Counted from the first letter of the stretch, positions 48,601 to 59,212 are shown. The stretch: DNA of 64,000 nucleotides from Candidatus Doudnabacteria bacterium (GCA_016218585.1 JACRDK010000031.1:65764-129763); one strand, 5' to 3'. Program-made: numbers and translations. The notes: a model not told the origin generated them from the sequence alone.

Positions 48601-51600
48601 TAGGCGGCAGCACCGACACATCTTTTGGCAAAAGCATTTTAGGTTCCGCCTCTTATAATTCCATTACAATAAAAAATTCTGCCTCATTATATTTAACCGC
48701 GTCTTCGGCGACTGCCACAACTTTAACTCTTTCTAACAATGGCTTATACGATGCCAAAGCCAGCACGACTTTAAGCTACTCAACTTTGAACTGGGGCGGC
48801 ATTATTGTTGACAGCGGAGGAACTTTGCCGGTTTTAAATCAAAATCAAGACATAACTATTCCAACCAGCTCCATATTGTCATTTAATGTTTTAAGCGGAA
48901 CCCGCACTTATAACAATGTAACCGTAAATGGAACGCTTACCAACACCGCAAATTCATCCGCAACAACAGGCACGGTTTCTTTGTATAAAATAAATTGGTC
49001 AGCAACTAATAATTTAACTGTTGGTCCTTCGGGCAGCATAAATGTTGACTCAAAAGGTTATCCTGGCGGCGCAGGCCCCGGAGCAGGCGGCACCGGAACT
49101 CAGGCGGGCGGCGGCGGCTACGGCGGCAAAGGCGGGGCGAGCCCAACCCCGGTAGCCGGAGGCGTTACTTACGGCTCAACATCCAGCCCTGTTAGCCTTG
49201 GATCGGGCGGCGGCAACACCGGGTGCGGCACTGTCGGAGGAATTGGTGGCGGCGCTGTTCAATTAACAGTTAGCGGAACCACGACAATTTTAGGAACTAT
49301 TTCCGCCAACGGCGCCAACGGCGGAACTTACCCTTGTTGGAACTCCGGCGCGGGAAGCGGCGGCTCAATTTTTATTACTACTAGCGGTCTTGCCGGAACC
49401 GGCACGGTTTCCGCTAACGGCGGAAGCGGAGTAGCCGGAGGCAGCGCTTCCGGTGACGGCGGCGGCGGCAGAATTTCTATTATTGCCACAACTAATTCCG
49501 CCAGCCTTACCAGAACTGTAAACCCCGGAACATCATACACCGCCGGAGCGCCCGGCTTGGGAACAACTTACCCGACTGACTTTCCCAGTATGTCCACCCA
49601 GGCGGTATCCAATAACATTACAGGAACGTCCGTTACCGGCAATGGGACAATTAACTCCATAAATTATTATCCCATAACTCAGTACGGCCATGTCTGGTCA
49701 ACCTGGGTCAATCCAACCGTACCAAACACAGATATTACTGACGGCGGATTCGGCACAGCGACATCTTCAAAATACAACCAAGGCGTGGTAGCTAATGCCT
49801 TTGACAACAGCACCAGCACTTTTTGGGGATCGGACCAAGGAACTCCTTACGATGTAGAGTATGACTTTGCTACAACTACGGTAGTAAATAAATACATTAT
49901 TATTTCTTCGCCTTCCGGTGCGCCTACCGACTCGCCAAAGGATTGGCAATTCCAGGCTTGGGATGGAGCTTCATGGGTAAATTTGCAATCCGTTTCTTCA
50001 CAAACAGCCTGGGGTAATACCGAATCAAGAGCTTTTACTTTAGTGAACACCACGCCATATACTAAATACCGCCTATACATTACCGCCAACAACGGCGGCG
50101 GCTGGACCAGGTTTGCCGAATTTCAAATGTTAAATACTTCCAGCAGCGTAGCGGCCAATGGCGCCACTACCACTCCCGGAGCATTTACGTCTAATATTTC
50201 CGGGCTGAGCCCGAACACAACTTACTACACCCGTTCTTATGCCACCACCCAAGCGGGCATTGCTTACGGCGACAACATTTCCTTTAGTACCGGTAATGCC
50301 AACAACGCCCCAAACTCCCCCTCTTCTTTAGGTCCCAATAATTTTACCAGTAATACTTGGACAACTTCTACCGCGCCGACTTTGACTTTTAATTTAACCG
50401 ATCCGGACGGCAGCGATACCGTAAAGTACAGAATAATTTTAGACAACGACAGCAATTTTTCTTCACCGTTAATAGATTATACTTCCTCGCTGCAATCACA
50501 AGGAGCCGCCAGCTTTACGGTTGGCCAAAGCGCCGGCAGCGGCAGCTACTCCATTGGCACTGCCGGGCAAACCCTGTCTGACAATAGTTCATACTACTGG
50601 GAAGTCCAAGCCATAGACAGCAATACCCTTACCTCATCATTTACCGTAGCAAATTCCGGAAGCATAGCTTTTAAAGTTGACACCACGGCCCCGGTCGCGG
50701 GAACGGCAAACTTTGGCGCGATTACAGAAACATTATTAATTGTAACTTCCAGCGGATCTTCAGATGCCGGCTCGGGAATTGCCAGCTACTACTATAGAAA
50801 CTTTACCAACTCTACCACTTACGGGCCAAATCTTTCCGCTTCTTGGAATGACAGCGGACTAACCCCAAACACGCAATATTCATTCAACATAACCTTAACT
50901 GACGGCGTAGGTTTAACTTCCACCACCGCCACATCCAGCGCTTACACTCTTGCCAACATTCCATCCAGCCCGACAACCACGGTAATTTCCAATTCCTCAA
51001 TTTTGCTTTCTTGGAATAATAATTCAAACCCGGCCAATACCGAATACTACGCGGAAAATTCAACCAGCGCATTTAACTCCGGCTGGATTACCGGCACCAG
51101 TACGCTCTTTACCGGCTTGTCCTGCGGCACCTCGTACACTTTTCACGTTCGGGCACGCAATGCTGTTGGAACCGTTACTTCTTATAGCGCCTCTGTTAGC
51201 CCTTCCGCTTCACCTTGCAATAACAATCCCAACACGCCTAGCTCTCTAGGCTACAGCCAATACACTAATGGCGGATGGACAAATCAATCAACGCCGATTT
51301 TGGCATTTAGCTTAACTGATTCAGATGCCTCGGACACTATTAAATACCGGGTGCAAGTTGCAACCAGCAGCGACTTTTCCGCATTGGTGGCAGACTATAC
51401 TTCTCCCCTGCAAGCACAAGGAGCGCAAGCTTTTACCGTTGGACAAGCAACCAGCACCGGCAGCTACGCGGTTGGTTTTGCCGGACAAACTTTGGCGGAT
51501 AATTCAAACGGTTATTATTGGCGGGTAATGGCCATAGACAACAGTTTAGCAACTTCATCCTGGGCCAGCGCAGCCGGCGGAGCGGTTGCTTTTAAATTAG

Positions 51601-54596
51601 AAACCGTGGCTCCGACAGTTGGAAGTTTGAGCGTTACCAGCACAACTACCAATGCCGTATCTCTTTCATTTAGCGGCGCAAGCGATTCAGGCTCCGGCTT
51701 AACAGCCACGCCATATATTTATTTCAACACCAGCAATTGGAATTCATCCGGCAATACCGCAGCCACTACCTGGACTAATTCCGGGCTTGCTGCGGGAACT
51801 TACTCCTATAAAGTTAGGGTAACTGACAATGCCGGAAACTATACCGAAGCTTTATTGCCTCAAACAGTAACTGTCTCAGGCGACGGTGGGGGCGGCGGAG
51901 GCGGCGGCAGCGACCCATGGACCGGCGGAGTCACCAACGGCTTTAGCGTATTTATAAACCAAAATGATTCCATAACAAATACTAACAATGTAACGCTGCA
52001 GTTAACCGGCCAACCCGGCACAACGCAGATGTTAATTTCCAATCTGTCTAATTTTTCCGGCGCCAGCCTAGAGCCGTATGATACCACAAAATTCTGGGAT
52101 CTTTGTTCCGGTTTGGGCAGCTGCCTAAATGGCACTTACACCGTTTACGCAAAATTCTATAATTCTTTAAGCCAAAGCTCGGGCACTGTTTCAGACAGCA
52201 TAACTTATCAAATTCTTAACAGCTTAAATCCGGGCACTTTATCCTTAACCGGCGTCAGCACAAGTACAGCAAGCATTTTAATTAGCGGCTCGAGCGACGC
52301 AGTTTACGGCTTAGCCGCAAGCCCTTACACTTTTATTAACCGTACCAACGGAAATCAGTCTGCTACCAGTTCTGTCTCATCTTGGATAAATACCGGGCTT
52401 ACTCCAAATACCCAATACTACTATTATGCGATTGTAGGAAACGCCAATTCCACTTACGGGTACACTTCAGATATTAGTGCTTATACTTTAGCCAACCCGC
52501 CAACCTTACTCGCAACAACTTCTATTACCAGCTCTTCAATAGGACTTGCCTGGAGCGCAAACAACAACCCCGTTGGAACCGAGTACCAAATTCTCAACCA
52601 AACTGCCGGCACCTCCTCCGGCTGGATAACATCTACCAGCACTACAATAAGCGACTTAACCTGCGCCAACTCTTATTCTTTTAAAGTTAAAGCGCGTAAT
52701 GCTAACGGCGTAGAAACAACATACTCAAATCTAATTACGGAAAGCACTTCCGCCTGCCCTGTCACGCCGCCGCCATCAGGTGGAGGCGGTGGCGGTGGAG
52801 GCGGCGGGCAGCCGGTAGTCCCGCCAACGGACACAACCCCCACGCCGGCCCTTGTTTGTCCCGCTCCGGGCGAGGATGAATTTAACGCCTGTTTCTATAA
52901 TAGTATGGATTTAAGCTCTCCTGCGGCGACCGGAACCACAAAAGAAATTAATTTTGATTGGGGTTTCGGCTCCCCCGCAACCGGAGTTAGGGTTGATAAC
53001 TTTAGCGCCCGTTGGCAAGGTTATTTTAATTTTGAAAACGGATTATACCGTTTTTCCGCCACTAGCGATGACGGAGCAAGAGTTTATGTTGACGACCAAT
53101 TAGTTATTAGCCAATGGAATGACCATCCGGCTACCAGATATACAAATGATATTAGGCTCTCCGCCGGCAGGCATTATGTCTTAATGGATTACTATGACAA
53201 TATGGCCAGCGCCATAGCCAAACTTTCCTGGCAAAAAATAATAGCTTCTCCGGCAACTTCAACTCCGCCGCAAACGCCTCCGCAGACTCCGCCAAGCACC
53301 ACTCCGACAAATCCGCAAACCAGCACCAACCCGAGCACTCCGACAAATCCGCCGGTTGTTGTAGTAACTCCTCCGGTAAGCACTACAATAATTCCGCCAA
53401 CTGCGCCAATTACAAACCCTTCCCCCGCCACATCTGTCACCCCCACAGTTCCAAACACCGACACCAAACTCTCTCTTCCGACTATTGAGCTGCCTGACCT
53501 AAGCGGCATTGGCAATGAAGTAAAAATTCTTTCCAGTTCCGTTCTTTCTACTTCTCTGCTCCAGGCAAAGAAATTCTTTTCTTATGCTTTAGTCGAGCCG
53601 GTAAGCTCACTAGTGGGAACAATGTTTAAAATTCGCAACTCCTCGCACACAGCCGTGGGCGTAACTGCTTTAACGCTCGCGCCGGCAAGTTTTTACCTGG
53701 AATACTCCTTAGCCAGCTACGGCTTAAACATAAATGCCGCGGGAACTTTTGCGGACATTTGGCTTAGATTATTGCAATGGTTCTACGGCCTCCTTGCCAT
53801 AACAGGACTCAAGAGAAAACGCCGCTACTGGGGAACGGTTTATGACAGCGAAAGCAAACAACCGCTGGACCCGGCGATTGTAGAGTTAATTGACCCCGCC
53901 ACAGGAAAAGTTATTGAACAAAACATTACCGACATGCACGGAAGATTTGGCTTTTTAGACCGACCGGGAAAGTTTATTATTCGTTCTACCAAAACCAATT
54001 ACCGCTTTCCTTCGGAAATAGTCTTAGGAAAAACCGATCTGGTTTTCGACAACCTCTACCACGGAGAAAAATTGGAAATTGCTTCCGATAACGATATTAT
54101 CACCCCAAATATCCCAATGGATCCAATGGCGTTTGATTGGAACCAAATGGATAAACAACGGGTGGTAAAAATCAACCCCCGCATGGAATATATTTTCCAT
54201 ATAATTTTGCAAACTCTATTTTGGTCCGGCGCGCTGTTTGTGCTGATTAATTTTATTCTTCTGCCAAACTTGTTCAATTCAATTTCCGCTTTGTTCTATG
54301 TTGTTATGGTAATTATGCGCAAACTTATTCCCCATGCCCACCTATGGGGCCGAGTTGTTTTCCATAACGGCGAAAGAGCTAACCATCTTCTGCTTGAACT
54401 CCACCCGGTAAAAATCCCGACCGTGGTAACCGGCAGAGCTGTAAGCGCCGAAAGCGGCAAATTCTTCTTAAAAGCCATGCCCGGAAACTACATACTAACC
54501 GTAAAAAAAGTAGACGGACTTAACAACACCATACTTTATAAACAGGAAGTCACAGTCGGCAAAGAAGGCGTTGTAAACGAAATTATCAGCTTATAA
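45615..54596 (+). CDS. giant (2993 aa) cell-surface protein with Gly-rich repeats, discoidin/F5-8-like, FN3 and PA14 domains and C-terminal TMs
   Basis: Signal-like N-terminus; GSGGG repeats; PKDWQFQAWDG; GLTPNTQY; INFDWGFGSP..DNFSARW..SDDGARVYVD; RYWGTVYDS..QPLD. Confidence 0.85.
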   Translation: MKIEKSKLKNSFLGGMPKAETLKKNLGGFLIICISFSQTIAPWAIAATPTDNASANYTTEQFYPEQILQNSDDSLPYAWAASENALTRELADSAPLEQFSTSNSAVLANSKTEATSTPSDLLAEQPPLENNNSTTTASSTNIEVPPAVSEASSTEIKIYEADVSPANLSEQNQIENSESSTSPDVLDSNQNSPTNQTNSTETEITPTTTQSSDTEITPSTTPSSVTPPAATINNEDNSSTTPPDIASATPVEILPTPELSAPVLEYGHFTSSQNSSDKNNFNNPAQARIKLSFASLPLIAGKLILEYSVASSSWQTLSTVALDGQSSNAERNGFFSAELPQTAINDLSTLHVRLKISAPQTSWQNILPSELFYLDSIWLEADYKNTLPEIDEDQLAATDLGNLTPEEFAHLDFFSPLMELFMPADLSANPITVGSKKLGFNSLPLQMLPINVSTDSPATRLGQKVTYADAYKSTDLEYIMSDSGLKENIILKDKNHPSKFRYLTNLDKYDSVQTSSSTIALFAKGHKGQPLYQRYVLSAPIMTDSQGQVSSRLEFKVNKNLITLIPDPAWLKTASYPVTVDPNVSLSVLNVSSFPVAGEFWTIDFTTVGQDNLTITPADQATVDDMEFSSLTCDGNPISANVSAGGQVAVNNWSCDGIGEVKFLDKKTGHHQMIFNFGDASQDAYNGSNTWNGLAGDSNWATGGNWSLGTAPALADDVVISTAATINISSSTAINSLTLGNSGGGVATVLNFNYDAIGGQPLSITGNLTVYSGASITHTVSSAGSVVGTVNISTGGNSTITGSISLNAKGYTGGYGPGKGTDDLRAGGGGYGGNGGTGNLGALGGTSNGSTTVPTSLGSGGGNSGCGSTGGTGGGALKLSTTGTTTIAGTITANGGTGATPCWNSGGGSGGSIYIITNVLTGAGSITANGGVGVTGGNASGDGGGGRIAINYTTDNSTITYSAYSGAGQLYGGSGTVYKKSQAQSTGDLTFDNNNLGGSTDTSFGKSILGSASYNSITIKNSASLYLTASSATATTLTLSNNGLYDAKASTTLSYSTLNWGGIIVDSGGTLPVLNQNQDITIPTSSILSFNVLSGTRTYNNVTVNGTLTNTANSSATTGTVSLYKINWSATNNLTVGPSGSINVDSKGYPGGAGPGAGGTGTQAGGGGYGGKGGASPTPVAGGVTYGSTSSPVSLGSGGGNTGCGTVGGIGGGAVQLTVSGTTTILGTISANGANGGTYPCWNSGAGSGGSIFITTSGLAGTGTVSANGGSGVAGGSASGDGGGGRISIIATTNSASLTRTVNPGTSYTAGAPGLGTTYPTDFPSMSTQAVSNNITGTSVTGNGTINSINYYPITQYGHVWSTWVNPTVPNTDITDGGFGTATSSKYNQGVVANAFDNSTSTFWGSDQGTPYDVEYDFATTTVVNKYIIISSPSGAPTDSPKDWQFQAWDGASWVNLQSVSSQTAWGNTESRAFTLVNTTPYTKYRLYITANNGGGWTRFAEFQMLNTSSSVAANGATTTPGAFTSNISGLSPNTTYYTRSYATTQAGIAYGDNISFSTGNANNAPNSPSSLGPNNFTSNTWTTSTAPTLTFNLTDPDGSDTVKYRIILDNDSNFSSPLIDYTSSLQSQGAASFTVGQSAGSGSYSIGTAGQTLSDNSSYYWEVQAIDSNTLTSSFTVANSGSIAFKVDTTAPVAGTANFGAITETLLIVTSSGSSDAGSGIASYYYRNFTNSTTYGPNLSASWNDSGLTPNTQYSFNITLTDGVGLTSTTATSSAYTLANIPSSPTTTVISNSSILLSWNNNSNPANTEYYAENSTSAFNSGWITGTSTLFTGLSCGTSYTFHVRARNAVGTVTSYSASVSPSASPCNNNPNTPSSLGYSQYTNGGWTNQSTPILAFSLTDSDASDTIKYRVQVATSSDFSALVADYTSPLQAQGAQAFTVGQATSTGSYAVGFAGQTLADNSNGYYWRVMAIDNSLATSSWASAAGGAVAFKLETVAPTVGSLSVTSTTTNAVSLSFSGASDSGSGLTATPYIYFNTSNWNSSGNTAATTWTNSGLAAGTYSYKVRVTDNAGNYTEALLPQTVTVSGDGGGGGGGGSDPWTGGVTNGFSVFINQNDSITNTNNVTLQLTGQPGTTQMLISNLSNFSGASLEPYDTTKFWDLCSGLGSCLNGTYTVYAKFYNSLSQSSGTVSDSITYQILNSLNPGTLSLTGVSTSTASILISGSSDAVYGLAASPYTFINRTNGNQSATSSVSSWINTGLTPNTQYYYYAIVGNANSTYGYTSDISAYTLANPPTLLATTSITSSSIGLAWSANNNPVGTEYQILNQTAGTSSGWITSTSTTISDLTCANSYSFKVKARNANGVETTYSNLITESTSACPVTPPPSGGGGGGGGGGQPVVPPTDTTPTPALVCPAPGEDEFNACFYNSMDLSSPAATGTTKEINFDWGFGSPATGVRVDNFSARWQGYFNFENGLYRFSATSDDGARVYVDDQLVISQWNDHPATRYTNDIRLSAGRHYVLMDYYDNMASAIAKLSWQKIIASPATSTPPQTPPQTPPSTTPTNPQTSTNPSTPTNPPVVVVTPPVSTTIIPPTAPITNPSPATSVTPTVPNTDTKLSLPTIELPDLSGIGNEVKILSSSVLSTSLLQAKKFFSYALVEPVSSLVGTMFKIRNSSHTAVGVTALTLAPASFYLEYSLASYGLNINAAGTFADIWLRLLQWFYGLLAITGLKRKRRYWGTVYDSESKQPLDPAIVELIDPATGKVIEQNITDMHGRFGFLDRPGKFIIRSTKTNYRFPSEIVLGKTDLVFDNLYHGEKLEIASDNDIITPNIPMDPMAFDWNQMDKQRVVKINPRMEYIFHIILQTLFWSGALFVLINFILLPNLFNSISALFYVVMVIMRKLIPHAHLWGRVVFHNGERANHLLLELHPVKIPTVVTGRAVSAESGKFFLKAMPGNYILTVKKVDGLNNTILYKQEVTVGKEGVVNEIISL

Positions 54597-54638
54597 AAAA
54601 ATCTGCTCCCAATTCGGGAGCAGATTTTTTATGTTTAT

Positions 54639-56027
54639 TTAAAATTGATTGGCAAACTTATTGGTTCTGGGGCCCTTAAAGGAACGTTGTCCGCCAAAAC
54701 TCGGTCCGCGGGATTTTTTCCTAAAATTTGGCTTTGGCTTAGATAAAAAGTAGCCGCGTCCGCTTTCGCCTCGGGCGGTATTTTCTTGGGCTTGAGGCAT
54801 TCTGGCCGGAGCCGGCCTGGCTCCGCGGAAACGGGAAAATTTAGAAGTTCCCTGTTGGCGTCCGCCATAGCGTTCCCTTTCGGCAAAAGGCTCTTTTGCG
54901 CGGGGTTCTAATTTCGGCAGCTCGGAAACCGGAAGTTGTTTTTTAATTAAACGCTCAATAGCTCTGACATCGTGCTTTTGATCCGGGGTGGCAAATGACA
55001 CGGCATGCCCTGTCATTTGAGCGCGTCCGGTGCGGCCAATGCGATGGACGTAATCGGCAGCCTGTTCGGGCAAATCAAAATTAATTACCAGCTCAATACC
55101 GGTAACGTCAATGCCGCGGGCGGCAATATCGGTAGCAACAAGCACGCGATACTTTCCGGACTTAAAGCCATTTAAAGCTTCCAGCCTTTGGTTTAAAGAA
55201 CGGTTAGAGTGAATTTCCGCGGAAGTATAACCCATGCCGCTAACCACGCGAGCAACTTTTTTGGCGCCAAATTTTGTGCGGCAAAAAACCAAAGCGGTGC
55301 CGGAATATTCTTTTAACAAGCTTTCCAGCAAAGGAAGTTTAAAATCTTTTTGTACAAAAAATAATTCCTGGCTAACATTGGTGGCGGCAGTCCCCTGCGG
55401 AACCACTTCCACTCTTACCGGCAGCTTCATATAAGAATTGGCAATGTTGATAATTTCCGCCGGCATAGTCGCGCTAAACAACATAGTCTGGCGAACAGCG
55501 GGAACTGTTTGGAGAATTTTTTTAATTTGCGGGGCAAATCCCATATCTAGCATTCTATCGGCTTCATCCAATACCAGAATGTTTACCGCATCCAGGCGGA
55601 CAGTGTGCTGCTGCAAGTGGTCAATTAATCTGCCCGGGGTGGCAATAATAATATGCGGACTCTTTCTTAATTGCTGCACCTGGCGGTTAATATTTTCTCC
55701 GCCAATCAGCACCGCGGTTTTAAGCCCCAACGGCGAGCCAAGCTTGTGCAAAGACTCTTCTACCTGAACTGCCAGCTCTCTGGTTGGCAAAATAATCAAG
55801 CCGCGGCCTTTTTGCGTTACCAAGCGCTGCAGCATAGGAATGCCAAAAGCCAGGGTTTTCCCTGTGCCGGTCTGGGCAATACCCATAATATCTTTGCCTT
55901 CCAAGGCATGAGGAATTGACTGGAACTGAATTGGGGTTGGTGTTTGAAACTGTAATTTTTCCAAAATGCTTAAAATTTTCGGCGCAATGCCTAATTCGGA
56001 AAAAGTCTTTGTTATTTGTTGTGTCAT
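54639..56027 (-). CDS. DEAD-box RNA helicase
   Basis: PTPIQ, AQTGTGKT, PTRELA, TPGRL, DEAD, SAT, ARGID, HRIGRTGR. Confidence 0.95.
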   Translation of the reverse strand: MTQQITKTFSELGIAPKILSILEKLQFQTPTPIQFQSIPHALEGKDIMGIAQTGTGKTLAFGIPMLQRLVTQKGRGLIILPTRELAVQVEESLHKLGSPLGLKTAVLIGGENINRQVQQLRKSPHIIIATPGRLIDHLQQHTVRLDAVNILVLDEADRMLDMGFAPQIKKILQTVPAVRQTMLFSATMPAEIINIANSYMKLPVRVEVVPQGTAATNVSQELFFVQKDFKLPLLESLLKEYSGTALVFCRTKFGAKKVARVVSGMGYTSAEIHSNRSLNQRLEALNGFKSGKYRVLVATDIAARGIDVTGIELVINFDLPEQAADYVHRIGRTGRAQMTGHAVSFATPDQKHDVRAIERLIKKQLPVSELPKLEPRAKEPFAERERYGGRQQGTSKFSRFRGARPAPARMPQAQENTARGESGRGYFLSKPKPNFRKKSRGPSFGGQRSFKGPRTNKFANQF

Positions 56028-56240
56028 AAATAAAAGAAAAACTCCCATTTGCCTTAAGCCTGTGAGGGAAGAGACTTTGGGATTATGAAATAGATTATGT
56101 AATTAGGGTGACTATCTTAAAAACTAAAGAGGGTATGGCTCCCAGCTTAACCGAAAATACTTGAAAGCCGGAAACATTGTTTCCGGTCTGCAAAATTCAA
56201 GAAACCGATATAAATGCTAGGTACGTCAATAATTTATATT

Positions 56241-56269
56241 ATTATATCATATCTAAATTATTTTGTCAA
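56241..56269 (-). promoter_or_regulatory. consensus sigma70 promoter about 210 nt upstream of the helicase
   Basis: TTGACA(56269-56264)-17-TATAAT(56246-56241). Confidence 0.8.
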
Positions 56270-56459
56270 GAATATAGCCTGATTTGTTACTTTTTCCCCT
56301 ATTTCCGGTATTAATATATGCCGCAAGCAAAGCCTTTAACTTATATATAGAGGCCGGTATGTTATGATTAATATACCAATTAAAGAAAAGGCGGCGCCAA
56401 AATAGAAAATTTTTATAGAGCGCCAAATTTCTAATAATAAAATTAACCAGTGCTCACTT

Positions 56460-57023
56460 ATGGAAACAAACCTGGCGCAAATTATCGCCGAGTGCCAAGC
56501 CGGACAATTAGAACAATTCGCGGTTTTATACGATGCCTATGTGCGAAAGATTTATGACTTTATCTTCTACCGCACTATGCATAAGGAAACCGCTGAGGAT
56601 TTAACCAGCCTGACTTTTACCAAAGCGCTGGAAAGAATAAATACCTATCAAGCCAACAAAGGCAGCTTTAGCGCCTGGCTTTACCAAATTGCCCGCAACA
56701 CATTAATCGATAACTATAAAAACCACAAGCCCACCGCGGCAGTTGAGGAACTGGAAAATTTTGCCAGCGGGGAAAACCTGGAACAACAAACCGAAGCCAG
56801 GCTGAATTTGGAAAAAGTTAAAAACTTTTTACAAACCCTGGACGAAGAAAAAAGAGAAATTGTCACAATGCGCGTATGGGACGGCCTGTCTTACAAAGAG
56901 ATTGGCGACATTCTGGGAAAATCGGAAAGTTCCTGCAAAATGAGCTTTCTGAGAATTATGGAAAAACTAAATAAAGAAGCGGCTTTTGCCTTAATTTATT
57001 TATTGATGTTAAAAATCGGCTAG
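56460..57023 (+). CDS. ECF RNA polymerase sigma factor
   Basis: AEDLTS..F, FSAWLYQIARNTLID, GLSYKEIGDILG. Confidence 0.9.
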   Translation: METNLAQIIAECQAGQLEQFAVLYDAYVRKIYDFIFYRTMHKETAEDLTSLTFTKALERINTYQANKGSFSAWLYQIARNTLIDNYKNHKPTAAVEELENFASGENLEQQTEARLNLEKVKNFLQTLDEEKREIVTMRVWDGLSYKEIGDILGKSESSCKMSFLRIMEKLNKEAAFALIYLLMLKIG

Positions 57024-57045
57024 TTAAGCCAAATGAAAGGATTTT

Positions 57046-58644
57046 ATGGAAAATATAGAAGTAAAAATTGAAGAGCTTACCAAAGAATTATTAGCTTACG
57101 ACAAAAACTTTATGGCACACGAAGCGGAACTTAAAAAAATTATCCGCCAATTGCTGATGTCCAAACCGGACACTAAATTTGATCCGCAATTCGCGGAGAA
57201 CTTGCGCCGCCAACTACTGCTTAAAGCGGAAGACTTAAAAACCGCGTCCTCGCCGAGGCTGTGGAAAAGCTGGAGAACCTTGCTGGTTCCGGCAATGGCC
57301 GTTGCGGTTTTGATTTTTGGCGGCATATATATTAATAATAAAAACAATAAAACCGTTATCGAAACCCCGCTGCTCTCGGATAAAATAGAAATTGATTCCA
57401 TCGGCAAAAATGCTTTTGGAAAAATCGCTTTAAATGACATCGGCTCAGGAGGTACAGGCCGCGGGGGCGGAGGCGGCGGCAGTGAAGCCTTAAGCGCCAC
57501 TCCGATAGCCGCGCCAAAAAACGCGGACTCATCTAATACCCAAACCCAAACAGCCGCGGAACCCGATTCCGGAACCGCTTCCAATTTAGCCAACACCAAC
57601 AGTTTGGCTATGCCAACAACAGTAGCCAGCCCGGTGGCCAGCGGCATGGGTGGTGGTGGCGGCGATGCTAAAATGATAGCCCCCTATCCAAACTATCGCT
57701 ATGTTTATAAAGGCGAACCGCTAAAACTCACCGACACGGAAGTAAGCGTCTATAAAAGGCAAAAAGGCATGACCAGCTCGGCCGCCGCGCAATTTATTAA
57801 GCAGCTGCGTTTTGGCTTAATTGATATGACCAAATTCAACAATGTTGATGTTGATTTAATAAGCCTAATGGAGAAAAAAGAATACGGCTATAACTTAACC
57901 ATAAACTTCCGCGAAGGAATAATTGCCATTAACGAAAATTGGGAGCTGTGGCCAACCCCGGATAAACAATGCCAAACTCCGGAATGCTATGACTCTTTGC
58001 GCCTAAAGCCGAGCGATGTTCCGGCAGACGAAGAAATTCTGTCTATTGCTTCCAAATTTTTATCCAATTACAATATTTCCACCGCCAATTACGGCCAGCC
58101 ACAAATAATGAAATTCTGGCAGCGGGATTTGGAAATGGCAACGGATAAAAATCAAGTTTATATTCCCGATGTAGTGTCGGTAATTTATCCGCTAATTATA
58201 GAGGGCCAGCAGGTTTATGACGAAAGCGGTTCCCCTGCCGGACTTGCGGTTAACGTTAATATCCGCGTAAAAAAAGCTTCGGGCGTGCAAGAACTTGCCG
58301 TGCAAAAATACCAGTCTTCTTCTTACCCGGCTGAAACAGACGCAAATAGAATTATTAAGCTTGCGGAAAATGGCGGCTTTAGAACAATTTACTATGCGCA
58401 GGAAGGCGTAAAAACTGAAGACATTGAATTAGGAACGCCGACCAAGTCTCTGGTAAAAATCTGGCAGTATAAAAACGGCACTTCTGATGAATTATATATC
58501 CCGGCTTTAGTTTTCCCGGTAACTTCCGCCCCTAAAGATTCCCGCTACGGATATTTTTACAAAACCAATGTCATTGTTCCTTTAGCAAAAGAAATTTTAG
58601 ATGATGCTAACAATGGCGGCGGACCAGTACCGCTAATGAAGTAA
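57046..58644 (+). CDS. putative anti-sigma factor (single TM, large extracellular domain)
   Basis: Directly downstream of the ECF gene; PDTKFDPQFAENLRRQL, then TM. Confidence 0.6.
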   Translation: MENIEVKIEELTKELLAYDKNFMAHEAELKKIIRQLLMSKPDTKFDPQFAENLRRQLLLKAEDLKTASSPRLWKSWRTLLVPAMAVAVLIFGGIYINNKNNKTVIETPLLSDKIEIDSIGKNAFGKIALNDIGSGGTGRGGGGGGSEALSATPIAAPKNADSSNTQTQTAAEPDSGTASNLANTNSLAMPTTVASPVASGMGGGGGDAKMIAPYPNYRYVYKGEPLKLTDTEVSVYKRQKGMTSSAAAQFIKQLRFGLIDMTKFNNVDVDLISLMEKKEYGYNLTINFREGIIAINENWELWPTPDKQCQTPECYDSLRLKPSDVPADEEILSIASKFLSNYNISTANYGQPQIMKFWQRDLEMATDKNQVYIPDVVSVIYPLIIEGQQVYDESGSPAGLAVNVNIRVKKASGVQELAVQKYQSSSYPAETDANRIIKLAENGGFRTIYYAQEGVKTEDIELGTPTKSLVKIWQYKNGTSDELYIPALVFPVTSAPKDSRYGYFYKTNVIVPLAKEILDDANNGGGPVPLMK

Positions 58645-59212
58645 CGGCTGAAAGAGAATTAACTAATTTAAAAACACCCTTTCTAGAGAAGGATGTTTTT
58701 AAATTTAAAGCGTATATAAATGGTAAACCCGGGGACGAATACGCGAATATGCTGCAGGCGCAGCGTATTGTTTTTCGCGTATTGTTCCCGGGAAGATGTG
58801 GGTCCATGCTCGTAATGGAAATCTTTTTTTGCCGTCGAGACGGATTAGGATCCGTTACCTGCCTGATAATGAAACTCTTGTGGTGATTCCGCCCTGCTGA
58901 GAACATTAGCTCCTAAAAATCTTGGATGTTATCCAAGACTAACTAATGTGATCCGGCAGAGGTTACAAAAACGACATGAAAACGGATTGTTCTTATACTC
59001 CTCCTTTCTCCTCTTTGGCAAACTTCTGTTAGCGATATGCAACCTTTTAAGGGAGCGGGGGTGTTTACCTTCCAAGTCTAAGGTCTTTACCCGTGGATTC
59101 GCTAAACAGGTGTTCACACAAATAATACATTACTCCCGGAACTTTTGTTTGTCAAGAAAAACCCCGTCCTTTGGCAGCCGAAGGACGAGGTTTAAAAAAT
59201 TTAATTCAAATG

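Noticed and set aside
56134-56143. tatggctccc match to the att core in the helicase leader
   Set aside because: Only about 9 bp, with none of the adjacent hairpin or tail sequence; likely chance
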